Source: a virus
Length of the DNA stretch: 64,000 nucleotides
IMG/VR virus record: IMGVR_UViG_3300031857_022279
Strand: one strand, 5' to 3'
The translations under genes and the position numbers were made by a program. The notes under the pieces were generated by a model. It made no database searches. It was given only the letters and a program-made list of their open reading frames with translations, and had not been told where the DNA came from. Shown piece by piece: positions 39,375 through 50,106 of the stretch (position 1 is its first letter; each line of letters starts with the position of its first letter).

Positions 39375-39590
39375 TTAAAGAGTTTGTCTATATGTCTGAA
39401 CATCATCTCTGATTTCTTGAGACTTCTTTTTAATCTCTTGCATAAACTTTCTAACTCTAGTAGCGGCTGTTTTGTTACCTTTTACGAAGAATTTTTCAAA
39501 CTCTTCTTTTAAAAGATACTTTTTGCCGTCAATTTCAACTTCTTCTGTCAATAACTTTAACAGTTGATCATACTTGTCTGTGTACTCCAT
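39375..39590 (-). CDS. Histone H1-like Hc1 family protein (Bacteroidota type)
   Basis: FFVKGNKTAATRVRKFMQEIKK resembles the GNKAAGTRARK signature. Confidence 0.7.
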   Translation of the reverse strand: MEYTDKYDQLLKLLTEEVEIDGKKYLLKEEFEKFFVKGNKTAATRVRKFMQEIKKKSQEIRDDVQTYRQTL

Positions 39591-39647
39591 AGTTTTATTT
39601 TATTTTTTCCTTTAAACCAACCTAACTAAATAGTTGTCGATTTCATG

Positions 39648-39656
39648 TATATATTA
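39648..39656 (-). promoter_or_regulatory. TAATATATA motif (putative late promoter)
   Basis: Exact match 57 nt upstream of ATG 39590. Confidence 0.5.
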
Positions 39657-39671
39657 AAATAAAAAAATCAC

Positions 39672-39989
39672 TTATTGAGTTTTGCCAAAAATTCTCTCCT
39701 TTACAGAGAGTTTTCTAGGTTTTTTCAGTTCAAGTATTTCTGATTCCAACAGTCTTCTTTGATCTTCGGAGCTTTGAACTTTCAAGGTTAAATTATCAAC
39801 AGAAGATTGTAAATTTTTTATTAACGGTTCAGAGTTAGTTTTATATAGTTGATGTTTACCATGAAGAATTTTATAAAAATTTCTGAATTTCATAATCAAG
39901 TATTTATAGTCATCTGGTCTGAAATTCTCAATCAAGTCAGATGTCATTAAAAATTCTAATATTTCCTCATCGGTCAACTCTGATATCAT
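39672..39989 (-). CDS. Hypothetical coiled-coil protein
   Basis: 105 aa; heptad-like C-terminal half. Confidence 0.7.
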   Translation of the reverse strand: MISELTDEEILEFLMTSDLIENFRPDDYKYLIMKFRNFYKILHGKHQLYKTNSEPLIKNLQSSVDNLTLKVQSSEDQRRLLESEILELKKPRKLSVKERIFGKTQ

Positions 39990-39990
39990 A

Positions 39991-41052
39991 TTAAACTAAT
40001 CCAATATTATTTTTTTCAGTATTTAAGTTGTTTTTGAAAACATCAACAAGCCTTGTATTCTTCTTTATCTTTTTATTAAATCCAAGTTCTTTTGAGAGTT
40101 CAGTCGCTACTTCCGAGTCTAGCTCTTCTATATTTATGACATCTACTAAGTTATTAGAGTCTAAAAGACATTCATCAATTTCATCTTCATTATCAACATT
40201 AAATATTAAGAGAACTTGTAATTCAAGTTGTTCTGAAACTATACTGTCTACTAACTGTAGTATGTTACTACTGAAGTAGTTGTTTTTTCCATAAATTGGG
40301 TTATAAAGAAACTCACAATCATCTACAATTAGAAAACACTTACTATATTTTTTTAAGAAAGACCTAAACTCTGAACTATTTATTGATGAATCTACCATGT
40401 TGGTAGGCACATAGATAACAAGTCTATCAACTTTTGATGAGATATATTTCGATAGATTTGTCTTTCCAACACCTTTATCACCATAAATTATTGATAATCC
40501 TTTGTTAGTATTTTTGATTTCTTTGATTAGTTTCTTAACCTTTTTAATTGACTTGTGATTGTAGAGTGACTCTAGAGAGTATGTTGACTTTTCAAATAGT
40601 AGTGGTGAGAGTTCTAGACTACCACCAACTGATTCCAAGACGTTTATTTTATCTATTGTATCATCTTCATAATCAACAATACAGATTGATAATTCGTTAA
40701 TAATTTTATTTACTGTTTCTTTTTGACTCTCAGATTTGAAGTAAAAACACAAATCGTTTATTAAGAAGTTTTCAGTAAACATATTCATTTTTACAAAACT
40801 AATGAAAATGAATTCTTCAACTTGAAGTAAGACTCTTTGGTTATGAACATAGTCATCTCCACTTGGGAGTAGCTCGGTCAGAGTGTTATCTTTACCCCAC
40901 TTTTCTTGGATATTTTTAGATACTACCTCTTCAAAATCTTTTCCGATAAATGTGTCATGAATGATTAACCTATTTGGTCTTTCTTTCCATTTATCAAAAA
41001 TTATTAAAAAATCATTATTGGTTGATTCTTCGCTAGTGATATTTATGTTCAT
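39991..41052 (-). CDS. AAA+ ATPase
   Basis: Walker A GDKGVGKT, Walker B LIVDDCE, ILQLVDSI, LLIFN. Confidence 0.8.
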   Translation of the reverse strand: MNINITSEESTNNDFLIIFDKWKERPNRLIIHDTFIGKDFEEVVSKNIQEKWGKDNTLTELLPSGDDYVHNQRVLLQVEEFIFISFVKMNMFTENFLINDLCFYFKSESQKETVNKIINELSICIVDYEDDTIDKINVLESVGGSLELSPLLFEKSTYSLESLYNHKSIKKVKKLIKEIKNTNKGLSIIYGDKGVGKTNLSKYISSKVDRLVIYVPTNMVDSSINSSEFRSFLKKYSKCFLIVDDCEFLYNPIYGKNNYFSSNILQLVDSIVSEQLELQVLLIFNVDNEDEIDECLLDSNNLVDVINIEELDSEVATELSKELGFNKKIKKNTRLVDVFKNNLNTEKNNIGLV

Positions 41053-41105
41053 TGTCGGTTTTTTACTTTAAAGATTTTATATATAATTAAAATAAGACGA
41101 AGGCC

Positions 41106-41309
41106 TTGAAAAACAAAGGAATTGACTCAATTTTAGTTATCAATAATTTTCTTTCTGTTTGTAAACTGAAGAAGCCTAATTGTCTTTTAACAAGACTTAC
41201 ACAGTCATATCTAAAAGTCAAAGTTAATAGACTTCTTCAATCTTATCAAACAGAATCGGTCTTACCAAAAAGAAGAGTTAGATTTTCACTTTTTGGTATT
41301 GTTTTTTAA
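41106..41309 (+). CDS. Possible small basic protein
   Basis: 67 aa, TTG start, TTATATATA about 20 nt upstream, 4-nt convergent stop overlap like neighbouring pairs. Confidence 0.4.
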   Translation: MKNKGIDSILVINNFLSVCKLKKPNCLLTRLTQSYLKVKVNRLLQSYQTESVLPKRRVRFSLFGIVF

Positions 41310-41524
41310 ATCTGTGGTCCAGAAAGATCAATCTGTGGTCCTTCGGTCATCGTTGGATTTACAGGTGGTAAGTTATCGTACAATCCTTTTTGCTTTTCTT
41401 GTTCGATAAGTTTCATAATCATTTCTCTTTGCATTTTTTCATTCTTTCTCTTCATTTCAGCAACTTTCTTGTTACGTGATGCCACTTTCTTTTTGTGGTC
41501 TTTTCTGTTTCTTGACTTTGGCAT
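41306..41524 (-). CDS. Small basic hypothetical protein
   Basis: MPKSRNRKDHKKKVASRNKK... Confidence 0.75.
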   Translation of the reverse strand: MPKSRNRKDHKKKVASRNKKVAEMKRKNEKMQREMIMKLIEQEKQKGLYDNLPPVNPTMTEGPQIDLSGPQI

Positions 41525-41555
41525 AATTTGTATATTTTGAAGTTATATTATTTTT

Positions 41556-44500
41556 TTATTCAAGTGTTTCGAAATTTAAAAAATCAAAATCAAGACCTTT
41601 ATTCTGATCTATCAATTTCTGAACTTCGTCTCTATCTAAATCTCTTCTGATTGTACCATCTGGAAGTTTCACTTCATAAATAAAATCATATGAGTCACCA
41701 GTTGGTGCATTAGCTCCTCCAGTGCCTTTTAGTAGATCCTCGGTTGTTGCTGTAGGACTCACTACACTTAGATTACTATCTGAATACAAACCATTTAGTA
41801 GATCTCTTAGATCTTTTGGTTCAACATTTTCAGGTATTTTGTTACATAGTTTAATAAGTGGTGGAGGAATAACTGCGGTTATTCCCAAAATAGACCAAAT
41901 CAACATTATAAATGAATTTATGATTCTTTCAATTAAACAAAGTATTACTGTAAATAGTCTAAATGGTTTAAGACATAGATCTCTATATTGTTTGGCCGTA
42001 TATACTGGTAACTTTACCCAGAATGACACACTCAAAAACTCGTTCAAATCAGCAATTACATAATCATCTGGTATTAGATACTCAGAAGTAAATGGACCGG
42101 TACCTCTTATAGGGTTTTTAACATTTACTGCTATACACCACTCTATTATTTTTTCTGGGTTAAATTTGATGCCCGCAATTTCAAGAAGACCTTTCGGTGT
42201 AAAGAATGTCATGATCCATTTAAAAGATAAAAATTCAGCAATTAATGCCGGGAACTTGACTGGATTTACCAATTTTTTGAAGAAATCCATTATCCACTGA
42301 ATTATACTAAATATTACTTTTAATGGAAAAGTAACTAAGCCTAGAATTAATTTTAAAAGTGGCTGAGAAAGTAAGTTGAATTGATTTTTAAGTGCCTTTA
42401 TTTTATCAAGTAGTGATTTCTTTAGAGCACTATTATCATTTTCATCTAGTGAATTATAAGCCTCTTGATATTTTTCTATAGCAAGTTGATAGTTGTCAAG
42501 TGGATTTCTTGCATTTTCATTGAAATCTATTTCAGATCCTTGATTTATAAGTTCATCACCTTCTCTAATTAACTTATCGACTGATTGATTAATGTAGATG
42601 TATTCATAATCTATACCTTCTATTTTTCTACCAGTAGAATAAGTAATGCTTACTTCTTCATAATATTCTCTTTTTCCATTTTTAGAGACTACTTTATTTT
42701 TGGTAACCTCATCTGGTTTTGTGATATCTAAATACCTCAAAACTTTTTCATCAATTTCAGCTTGATTTTTACCATCTGTTATCTCTTTATCTTGACCTTC
42801 GAGTCCATTTTTGATATTATCTGGATTGTTTTTATCTTGTTGAAATTGTTTGAGTAGAGAATCTAAGTTTCCAGATGGTAAATTTGATGAGAAAATAGGC
42901 CTTATTGGAACACCACCATTGAACGCTTTAGATATATTTAATTCTAGTCCGAATAAAAGACTGAAAAATCCAATCAGACCGGGTCCATCTATTAAGAACT
43001 TAAATTCAGCTTCTCTATTAACATGAATATAATTTGCTAATTTTGTTCTTTTAACATATTTTTTCATTTCATCAACAAGATCTCTCTTTTCTTTCTGAAG
43101 ATCAGTGAAACTTTGATTCGCTTCTTTTTCACCTTTTCTTATCTTGTCTTTTATTTTGTCAACTCTTTGTTTAAAATTAACAATATCGGTCATTATCTTC
43201 GTGACATCTGGATTAAAAATCAGAAGCTTATCTTCAAGTTTTGATTTAATTATTTCAGTAACAAAAGAAGCCGGATTTTTAATCAACTTAATTAACTTAG
43301 TAATAGCTGGAAATAATTTTGCGCCTAAATCTACTATTAATTCAATCATTATTTTTGCAATTCCTAGAGCATCTCTTATTTTATAATATCCGCCTCCGCC
43401 GCCACCTGAACCGCCACCACTACCTTTTGAACCAGCACCTCCAACTCCACCAGTATCAGGACCAGTTTCTATATTTTTATTTTTTCTTATGCCTTCAATT
43501 ATATAATAGACATCAACATCAAGCTCTGTGACCTGTTGTCTTCTTAAATACCCGAAACTCTGTGGATTGTCAGGTTCAACTATTTGAACTCCATTATCAT
43601 CTAAAACCGGAGCACCGTTTGGTTGAGTACAAGGACCACCTTGATAACCACTACCATATCTACCCGAGGACATAGAAACATTAGCAAGTCCTAATTCTTT
43701 TAATCTTTCATTCAATATATTTTGACCACCGTAATCATCAACTAACACAGTTTTATATTTTCTGTCACCATCAAATACTGAAATTTGAAATTTAGTTAAA
43801 TCAACAGTTGTCAAATTTATACCGTAATTGCTAGTCGAAGTACTATCATCGATTCTGTTTATCTCTGAACTTGATAAATTGCCCGTTCTTATTTCAATTA
43901 TGTTAGATTTGAAAAGTGGTGGTAATAATTTTGTATTAAATTGACTATACTGTCCAGTTCCAACAGTTGTGTTTCCACCTAGATTTTCGTTAAAGAAAAC
44001 AATTTTATCAATAAGACCCGAAACCAGTCTTAGTTTCCACTTAATACCACCACCAATATCAAATGTCTCATACGGTCCCTCTTCTTCATTAGTTTGTGTT
44101 GATGGTCTAACACCTCTTGTGTAAGTTTTAATCTGAGTTTTTGCCTGTTCAAATTTTGCAACTGCCTCATCAAGTATAGATATAAATTCAGGTGTATATA
44201 CCGAGTAGCTAGCTGGTACGAATAAGGTTGAAAAATCAATAGTGTTGATAAGTTCGAGAGATTCTCTCAATAAATTTGGTTCAGAAGCGTATTGAGTGTA
44301 ATAATAATAATCCACTTCTTGATATTGTATATCATTATTAGCGATCTCTTCAAGTTTAAACGCCAAATCATAATCGTACTCTACTTTAGATGGGTAATCG
44401 TATGTAATTGATGTATCATCTGCGTATCTAAGAAAAATAATTGATCTAAGTTTTACACCGGTGTTATTTAATTCATCATTTGTAAATAACTTTTCTCTCA

Positions 44501-46658
44501 AATCTGGATAATCATATATTTCTTGAAGTAAAGATCTTGTGCTCCAGTTTTTACCAGGGTATTGTGTCTCTTCGTTATAAAAGTTAGTATCTACAAAATA
44601 TTCCTCACGGTCTCTGTACTCTTTATTAATAACACTTCTCAAAGAAGGTGGTACAGATGTTTTGTCAAAATATAACTTTAAGTTAAAATCTTCTGTAGAG
44701 TTGGTTTTCTCACCAGTCAAGTTGTCTATTTTTACTTGCCAGTTGTTAAGTTCATAAGATTCGATGTTACTTAATTCCTCAACTACATCTCCTCTTGTTA
44801 TTGTCATCGAAAAATTAGTTCTGACAAACTCACTATTTTGACTTGCCTTCTCAAAGACCAATATTTGCAATTTACTTTTTATAAACTCTTTGATTTCTGA
44901 ATTTCTCTTTATAATTTCGTTTGCTCTTGTCTCTCCAGTGCTAGCATCAACTACTTGCTCTGTTCTTTTATAATCGAGCTGTAAAACTGGATCAACTTTA
45001 ATTATTTTTAAGTCATAGTCTAACTCTGGATTTATCCAAACTACTTTTCCACTCAGATTAAACCTCATTGGTTTAAATAGTTTTTTTAGACCAAGAGGTA
45101 TAGTTTCTTCAGGTGGATTTGTGTTATAGAATTTACTCCAATCTGCTGAGTCTATATTTTTATAGTAAGCAGTTTGTAATTCTCCAAATCTAGAAAAATT
45201 TTGAATTTCTTCCACTATCTTGTCATTCGGATATTTTTCTGATAAATAACCTTCAACATCTCTTCTAATTTGAGGCCTCTCGTCGGCTGGTATTTTCTGA
45301 GCCTCTAATTGTTGCTCTGTTATGTAGTCGTAATATCCTCTGTAATCATTTACATCGGTTTGTTGTGTTACAATAATCGGATCGTCTTTTTTAAATTTTA
45401 ATACTTGATTTTCTTCTTTATCAAAGTCAATTACATCTCCATATGTTTTTTGTGTCCATCCACCACCTTCTGGCTGATTTGTACTTATAACATCGCTGTT
45501 TGACCATTTTTTCCAAATGTAAACATTCGTTGTGGGTGACTTCCAACCATACGTATTAGGGTAATCTATCGCCTTTCCGAAGAGCCATTTTTCATTTTTA
45601 ATCCAAGGAGCTTTTTCAAAAATTGAGTCTTTCAACTCAAGATTCAATCCATTTGGCGATAAACCCCAATATTTTATCTTATCATTTGGGTTTATCTCAA
45701 CACCATTTTTATTATAAATTCCTAATATTATTCTATCCGGTAAATTTTGTAAGCTTTGTTCTTCTTCATCAACAACTGGTGTTGTGACCTCATCTGGGTC
45801 TAAATCACTAGGCAGATCGATATACTGATAATTATAGTTTACTTCTGGTATGAATCTACCAGTAGAATAAATTGTAGAGATAGTAGCGTATACGAAATTT
45901 GGTAGATCACTACCATTTGTATTTCCACTAGCATCACCCGAAGTTTGACTTTGAGTCTTAGGATTAGGTACTTTAGTATATACTCCATTTTTGTCTATAC
46001 TTACACCATTTCCTCTATTCATTTCAGTAGACATTTTATCAAGTCTTCCTAGTAAATCTTTACCATTTTGATAACCAAGTGCTTGTGGTGTACCGTAAGG
46101 TGTCAGTAGTCTAGTAGCTGGTCCATTTCCTTTTGGTTTTCTAGATTTGAAAACAGGGGCAAGTATTGGTTGAGTTGCCGCTCCTACAAGTGGCATTATT
46201 CTTGCTATGATATCTTCAATTTTTGCTATATTTTTTATAACAAACTGAGCTATCTCAAAATAAGGCTTTTGTGTCTCAAACATAGAAGAAAAGATTGCCT
46301 TTTCTATTGCAAAAAAACCAAGTGCATCATTATACATACCTGTTTTCTCTGCCTCACTACCATAGTTTTTTTCAAATTGTTCTCTAACTTTTGGATCTTT
46401 TATTTTCGCCAAATTCTGAGCCTTTGTGATATTGACCATAGCTGCTGCAATTCCTATCTCAGCCTTTGCGAACTTTTTTATGTATTCAATGTCTGGTATA
46501 AGCACCGCAGTCACAGAATTTGGATATCCATTCTTTTTAGCTATTGGTCCAATAGTCGGTATGTCGTATAGTCTTGGACCAGGAATACCCAGTGAAACAT
46601 TGTATTTGAGAAAACTGGGTGACGGATAAATTGGAAAAATCGGTAAAACCTGAGGCAT
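41556..46658 (-). CDS. 1700-aa protein of unknown function, probably virion structural
   Basis: Long uninterrupted ORF; TTATATATA at 46682-46690; no catalytic motif recognised. Confidence 0.7.
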   Translation of the reverse strand: MPQVLPIFPIYPSPSFLKYNVSLGIPGPRLYDIPTIGPIAKKNGYPNSVTAVLIPDIEYIKKFAKAEIGIAAAMVNITKAQNLAKIKDPKVREQFEKNYGSEAEKTGMYNDALGFFAIEKAIFSSMFETQKPYFEIAQFVIKNIAKIEDIIARIMPLVGAATQPILAPVFKSRKPKGNGPATRLLTPYGTPQALGYQNGKDLLGRLDKMSTEMNRGNGVSIDKNGVYTKVPNPKTQSQTSGDASGNTNGSDLPNFVYATISTIYSTGRFIPEVNYNYQYIDLPSDLDPDEVTTPVVDEEEQSLQNLPDRIILGIYNKNGVEINPNDKIKYWGLSPNGLNLELKDSIFEKAPWIKNEKWLFGKAIDYPNTYGWKSPTTNVYIWKKWSNSDVISTNQPEGGGWTQKTYGDVIDFDKEENQVLKFKKDDPIIVTQQTDVNDYRGYYDYITEQQLEAQKIPADERPQIRRDVEGYLSEKYPNDKIVEEIQNFSRFGELQTAYYKNIDSADWSKFYNTNPPEETIPLGLKKLFKPMRFNLSGKVVWINPELDYDLKIIKVDPVLQLDYKRTEQVVDASTGETRANEIIKRNSEIKEFIKSKLQILVFEKASQNSEFVRTNFSMTITRGDVVEELSNIESYELNNWQVKIDNLTGEKTNSTEDFNLKLYFDKTSVPPSLRSVINKEYRDREEYFVDTNFYNEETQYPGKNWSTRSLLQEIYDYPDLREKLFTNDELNNTGVKLRSIIFLRYADDTSITYDYPSKVEYDYDLAFKLEEIANNDIQYQEVDYYYYTQYASEPNLLRESLELINTIDFSTLFVPASYSVYTPEFISILDEAVAKFEQAKTQIKTYTRGVRPSTQTNEEEGPYETFDIGGGIKWKLRLVSGLIDKIVFFNENLGGNTTVGTGQYSQFNTKLLPPLFKSNIIEIRTGNLSSSEINRIDDSTSTSNYGINLTTVDLTKFQISVFDGDRKYKTVLVDDYGGQNILNERLKELGLANVSMSSGRYGSGYQGGPCTQPNGAPVLDDNGVQIVEPDNPQSFGYLRRQQVTELDVDVYYIIEGIRKNKNIETGPDTGGVGGAGSKGSGGGSGGGGGGYYKIRDALGIAKIMIELIVDLGAKLFPAITKLIKLIKNPASFVTEIIKSKLEDKLLIFNPDVTKIMTDIVNFKQRVDKIKDKIRKGEKEANQSFTDLQKEKRDLVDEMKKYVKRTKLANYIHVNREAEFKFLIDGPGLIGFFSLLFGLELNISKAFNGGVPIRPIFSSNLPSGNLDSLLKQFQQDKNNPDNIKNGLEGQDKEITDGKNQAEIDEKVLRYLDITKPDEVTKNKVVSKNGKREYYEEVSITYSTGRKIEGIDYEYIYINQSVDKLIREGDELINQGSEIDFNENARNPLDNYQLAIEKYQEAYNSLDENDNSALKKSLLDKIKALKNQFNLLSQPLLKLILGLVTFPLKVIFSIIQWIMDFFKKLVNPVKFPALIAEFLSFKWIMTFFTPKGLLEIAGIKFNPEKIIEWCIAVNVKNPIRGTGPFTSEYLIPDDYVIADLNEFLSVSFWVKLPVYTAKQYRDLCLKPFRLFTVILCLIERIINSFIMLIWSILGITAVIPPPLIKLCNKIPENVEPKDLRDLLNGLYSDSNLSVVSPTATTEDLLKGTGGANAPTGDSYDFIYEVKLPDGTIRRDLDRDEVQKLIDQNKGLDFDFLNFETLE

Positions 46659-46706
46659 ACTAAACTAAGTTAAATTTGATTTATATATAAAAAACTTAGT
46701 TTTTTC

Positions 46707-48086
46707 TCAAATTTCCTCGTCTATCTTTGAAACTAAATAATTAAAGTTTGCCGGTAGATCAAATTTGTACTTAGCATTTAACTTACCTGAGAATTCTCCT
46801 CCTGAAAAACCAATGATAACGTCTAAGTCAGCAAGATGATCTTCGTCAAAAAATATTTTTACTTTGAATTTAAACATATTATTCTCTTCATCTTCTGACA
46901 CTTGAAACTTAACATGATAATCAAATTGAACATCTAATCTATCATAATTTTTTCTAAAAAAATCTCTATTTGGAACTTGTATGAAATTCTCGCCTTTGCT
47001 AGATAAATAATAAATTGGTCTTTCTAAACAACCCATTTTACTAACAAATGCTTTCACTAATTTCATTTTTACAGTGCCTTCTGCTCTTTTTAAACCGCTT
47101 TCTAATTTTGTAATCTCATCTGATTTGTCTTTTTTAAGTGATGTTGTAAAGAGATGTTCTAAAATTCTAGAGTTTAATACCGTGATTTTGACTTCGTACC
47201 ACTCTTTTTCAACTCTTTCTAGATCCATGAAATATTCTTTTCTATTTTTCCAAATATCATTCATAAGATCTGAAAATTTAAGAATATTTTTTTCAAATTC
47301 TTTAATATACTCACCAAGGTATTTAAATCTAGGATCTCTGTGTCTAATATCGAAATATTCAAAGTATCCAATTGAATCTATTCTTTTAGTATCAATGAAC
47401 TTTTCGATATGAGCTTGTATATTTTTATTTGAGTTTTCATAAATTATTTTTACCCATTCTTGAGTTAGTTTATCCCATTTTCCAATATTATCTTCTTTGA
47501 AAAGATTATCTAAGTCTTCTCCGATCAGGTCTTCAGCAAACGAGTTAAAACTTGCAGATTTTTGTAGAGTAAGATTTTTATTTAAATAGAAAGAATATTG
47601 ATCTCCAATTTTAGTTTCAATAACTATATCTTCTCCGTTCTCTTCATCTTTATTTGGACCAATCCAATAAATTTTAGAAATCATTTCTGACTCTAGTTTT
47701 TTCTCAGGTAATAGTTTATCAATAATGTTTCTGGCTAAATTTCTTGATGATATTAATTGATCCCAATCTTTATCTATATTAAATTCAACTTCATCAAATA
47801 GTCCATTTATTTTTGATACCTCATCATCACTAACACACTTACTGTCTACAAATTTTCCAAGATCAAGTCTGTTTTTTGATAAAAGTAGGTTTTTCAAATC
47901 TGTCAAAAATACTTGGGAGTTTTCTGAGTATCTCGCTTTCAAACCTCTATCTAAAATATTATCTAAAAACTCGTTATTGAGAAGTGTCATAGAAGTACAT
48001 ATTTCTATTATGAGGTTTTTTGGTGTGTAATATGTTTTATTATTCTGTTTCGACTCGAATAAAAATTGACTTTTTATGAATTTCAT
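46707..48086 (-). CDS. Hypothetical protein with CTS-like N-terminus
   Basis: Starts MKFIKSQFLFES. Confidence 0.75.
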   Translation of the reverse strand: MKFIKSQFLFESKQNNKTYYTPKNLIIEICTSMTLLNNEFLDNILDRGLKARYSENSQVFLTDLKNLLLSKNRLDLGKFVDSKCVSDDEVSKINGLFDEVEFNIDKDWDQLISSRNLARNIIDKLLPEKKLESEMISKIYWIGPNKDEENGEDIVIETKIGDQYSFYLNKNLTLQKSASFNSFAEDLIGEDLDNLFKEDNIGKWDKLTQEWVKIIYENSNKNIQAHIEKFIDTKRIDSIGYFEYFDIRHRDPRFKYLGEYIKEFEKNILKFSDLMNDIWKNRKEYFMDLERVEKEWYEVKITVLNSRILEHLFTTSLKKDKSDEITKLESGLKRAEGTVKMKLVKAFVSKMGCLERPIYYLSSKGENFIQVPNRDFFRKNYDRLDVQFDYHVKFQVSEDEENNMFKFKVKIFFDEDHLADLDVIIGFSGGEFSGKLNAKYKFDLPANFNYLVSKIDEEI

Positions 48087-48108
48087 ATTTTTGACGTAAT
48101 CTTTTGTT

Positions 48109-48117
48109 TATATATTA
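48109..48117 (-). promoter_or_regulatory. TAATATATA motif (putative late promoter)
   Basis: Exact match 22 nt upstream of ATG 48086. Confidence 0.55.
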
Positions 48118-48155
48118 ATTTGATAGAGATTAATTAAATAAAAATATATATCAAC

Positions 48156-50069
48156 ATGGCAGATAGTTTAAGTAATTTCATCGATCGTGCAGGTGGTGCA
48201 TCTTCTGGAGCAATACAGGGTAAAGTAAACGACCTACTTGGTTTAGCAAAATCAAAAATACCAGGGGCTGATAAACATTCAGGAAACCAAGTTGGACCAG
48301 GTGAAGGTGGCACACAAATACAAAGAACTAATTTCTATACACCATCGACTAATCCTAATGAAAATGGACCCGGTCAGATAAGTCCTATCGGACCTGGATT
48401 AAAAGATGAAAAAGGAGCCGGATATCCTTGGGGATTCACTCCTATTACCTATTACAGAACTACTAAAGATGGTGTGGCTATTGAAGACCCAAGAGGTGTT
48501 GAAAAAATATCTGGTGTGAACCTTGAACCTGGTTCAAATGTAAAAAATGGTGTTCTTAATCCAAGCACACAGTACTCAAAAACGGAAAAAGCTCGTGAAA
48601 ACTTATCCAAGTTTGATGATGGACAGACATTAGATTTTAAATATGGACTAAGTGATTTTGAATACTCATCAAACTGGCCTGGCGACTCACTTCCAGATCA
48701 AGCTAACTTAATACAAGCAAATAATCCTGATGTCTATTTTGATGGTAGTAATCAAAAGAAAAGATCCTGGCAGCCTGGTCATCAAAATCCAGTTCAACCA
48801 GCAGAAGGAACTCCATTTGAAAACGAGGATCCAGTTTACTATGGATTTGAGATGGAAATAGACTCTTTGAATTCACCTTTAATAAATGGACTTGCTAAAA
48901 CATTTCTACAAATTTATGGTTCAAATTATGAGGCACTTGGTTCTAGAATAGAAATATTAGATTCATTTGTCTATGAACTATCTCGTTTCTTTACTTTTAA
49001 TTCTGATATGCCTTTGGAGGGATTAGAAAGTATATTCTCAACAAGAATTCCAAAGAAGCACTATTTGAAAAAAATTGAAGGATTAGACAAACTCATAGAG
49101 GCGAATCCTGTCTCTGGACAAAATGCCTTTGTGAAATATAAAACCGATACAATAAAGCTATCTTTCTACGAAGATACCAATTTAAGTACAGGTACTCTTG
49201 CCTCACTTTATAAACTTCTATATTGGGACAGATTAAATGGAAAAAATATTATACCTGAGAATCTATTAAGATTTGATTGTAGAATAGTTATATCAGAGGC
49301 AAGAAACATAGCTAGAATACGAAGAGCTTTAGGTTCACCTGAACCAAACCTACAAGTTGTTAGAGAAAATGTCTCAAGATACGTTTATAATCTTTATGAA
49401 TGTCAGTTCAATTTTCCAAAATTAACTCACCCTTCAAGTATCGATTTAGGTCAAACACCAGCATATTCTGGAGAATGGGATATTGAAATGTCATTTAAGT
49501 TCTCTGGTATGAAGTTCGAGAGATTTGTTTTTGAAGACGGACGAGCACAAAAAGGAGCATATAAATCACTTAACAATCTATCTAGAGATCCAATGGCAAT
49601 TTCGTCAATTGATGCAACAGAAGCCGATATAAGCGGTGGTGGAATATTGCCAAAAATATCAGATACAACATTTATAATATTAGAAGATATTATTGATGGT
49701 TATAATAATTTTGACTCACCAGATCTAGCGCCCGTAACAGGTCCAAATACACCTATAGACACACTAGGTGAAGCTAAAGATAATGACTTAAAAAGTAGGT
49801 TTAAAGACGCGGTTAAAGTAGCTGGAAAGAATTTATTATCAAATCTGAAGACAGCCGCTCTGAGTGAAGCTCAAAGACAAATAAATAATAAGTTTAGACT
49901 ACTCAATAATACGATAGATAATGTTCGTAACAAATTTGGAGTTGGTCGAATGAGCCCACCAACTAATGTATATGAAGGAGCACAACCAGGTACATTCTTC
50001 TTTGATGTTAAAAATTCTCTAAGGCAGTTTGCGGGTGAGACTCTCACTGGTACGATATTCGGTCAATAA
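48156..50069 (+). CDS. Tail tube/baseplate junction-like structural protein
   Basis: DTIKLSFYED...FDCRIVISE...YVYNLYECQF...WDIEMSFKF strand pattern; immediately upstream of the gp5-like gene. Confidence 0.55.
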   Translation: MADSLSNFIDRAGGASSGAIQGKVNDLLGLAKSKIPGADKHSGNQVGPGEGGTQIQRTNFYTPSTNPNENGPGQISPIGPGLKDEKGAGYPWGFTPITYYRTTKDGVAIEDPRGVEKISGVNLEPGSNVKNGVLNPSTQYSKTEKARENLSKFDDGQTLDFKYGLSDFEYSSNWPGDSLPDQANLIQANNPDVYFDGSNQKKRSWQPGHQNPVQPAEGTPFENEDPVYYGFEMEIDSLNSPLINGLAKTFLQIYGSNYEALGSRIEILDSFVYELSRFFTFNSDMPLEGLESIFSTRIPKKHYLKKIEGLDKLIEANPVSGQNAFVKYKTDTIKLSFYEDTNLSTGTLASLYKLLYWDRLNGKNIIPENLLRFDCRIVISEARNIARIRRALGSPEPNLQVVRENVSRYVYNLYECQFNFPKLTHPSSIDLGQTPAYSGEWDIEMSFKFSGMKFERFVFEDGRAQKGAYKSLNNLSRDPMAISSIDATEADISGGGILPKISDTTFIILEDIIDGYNNFDSPDLAPVTGPNTPIDTLGEAKDNDLKSRFKDAVKVAGKNLLSNLKTAALSEAQRQINNKFRLLNNTIDNVRNKFGVGRMSPPTNVYEGAQPGTFFFDVKNSLRQFAGETLTGTIFGQ

Positions 50070-50106
50070 TTTCTGGGAATTAAGTTTTAACAATATATAT
50101 GTTAAG

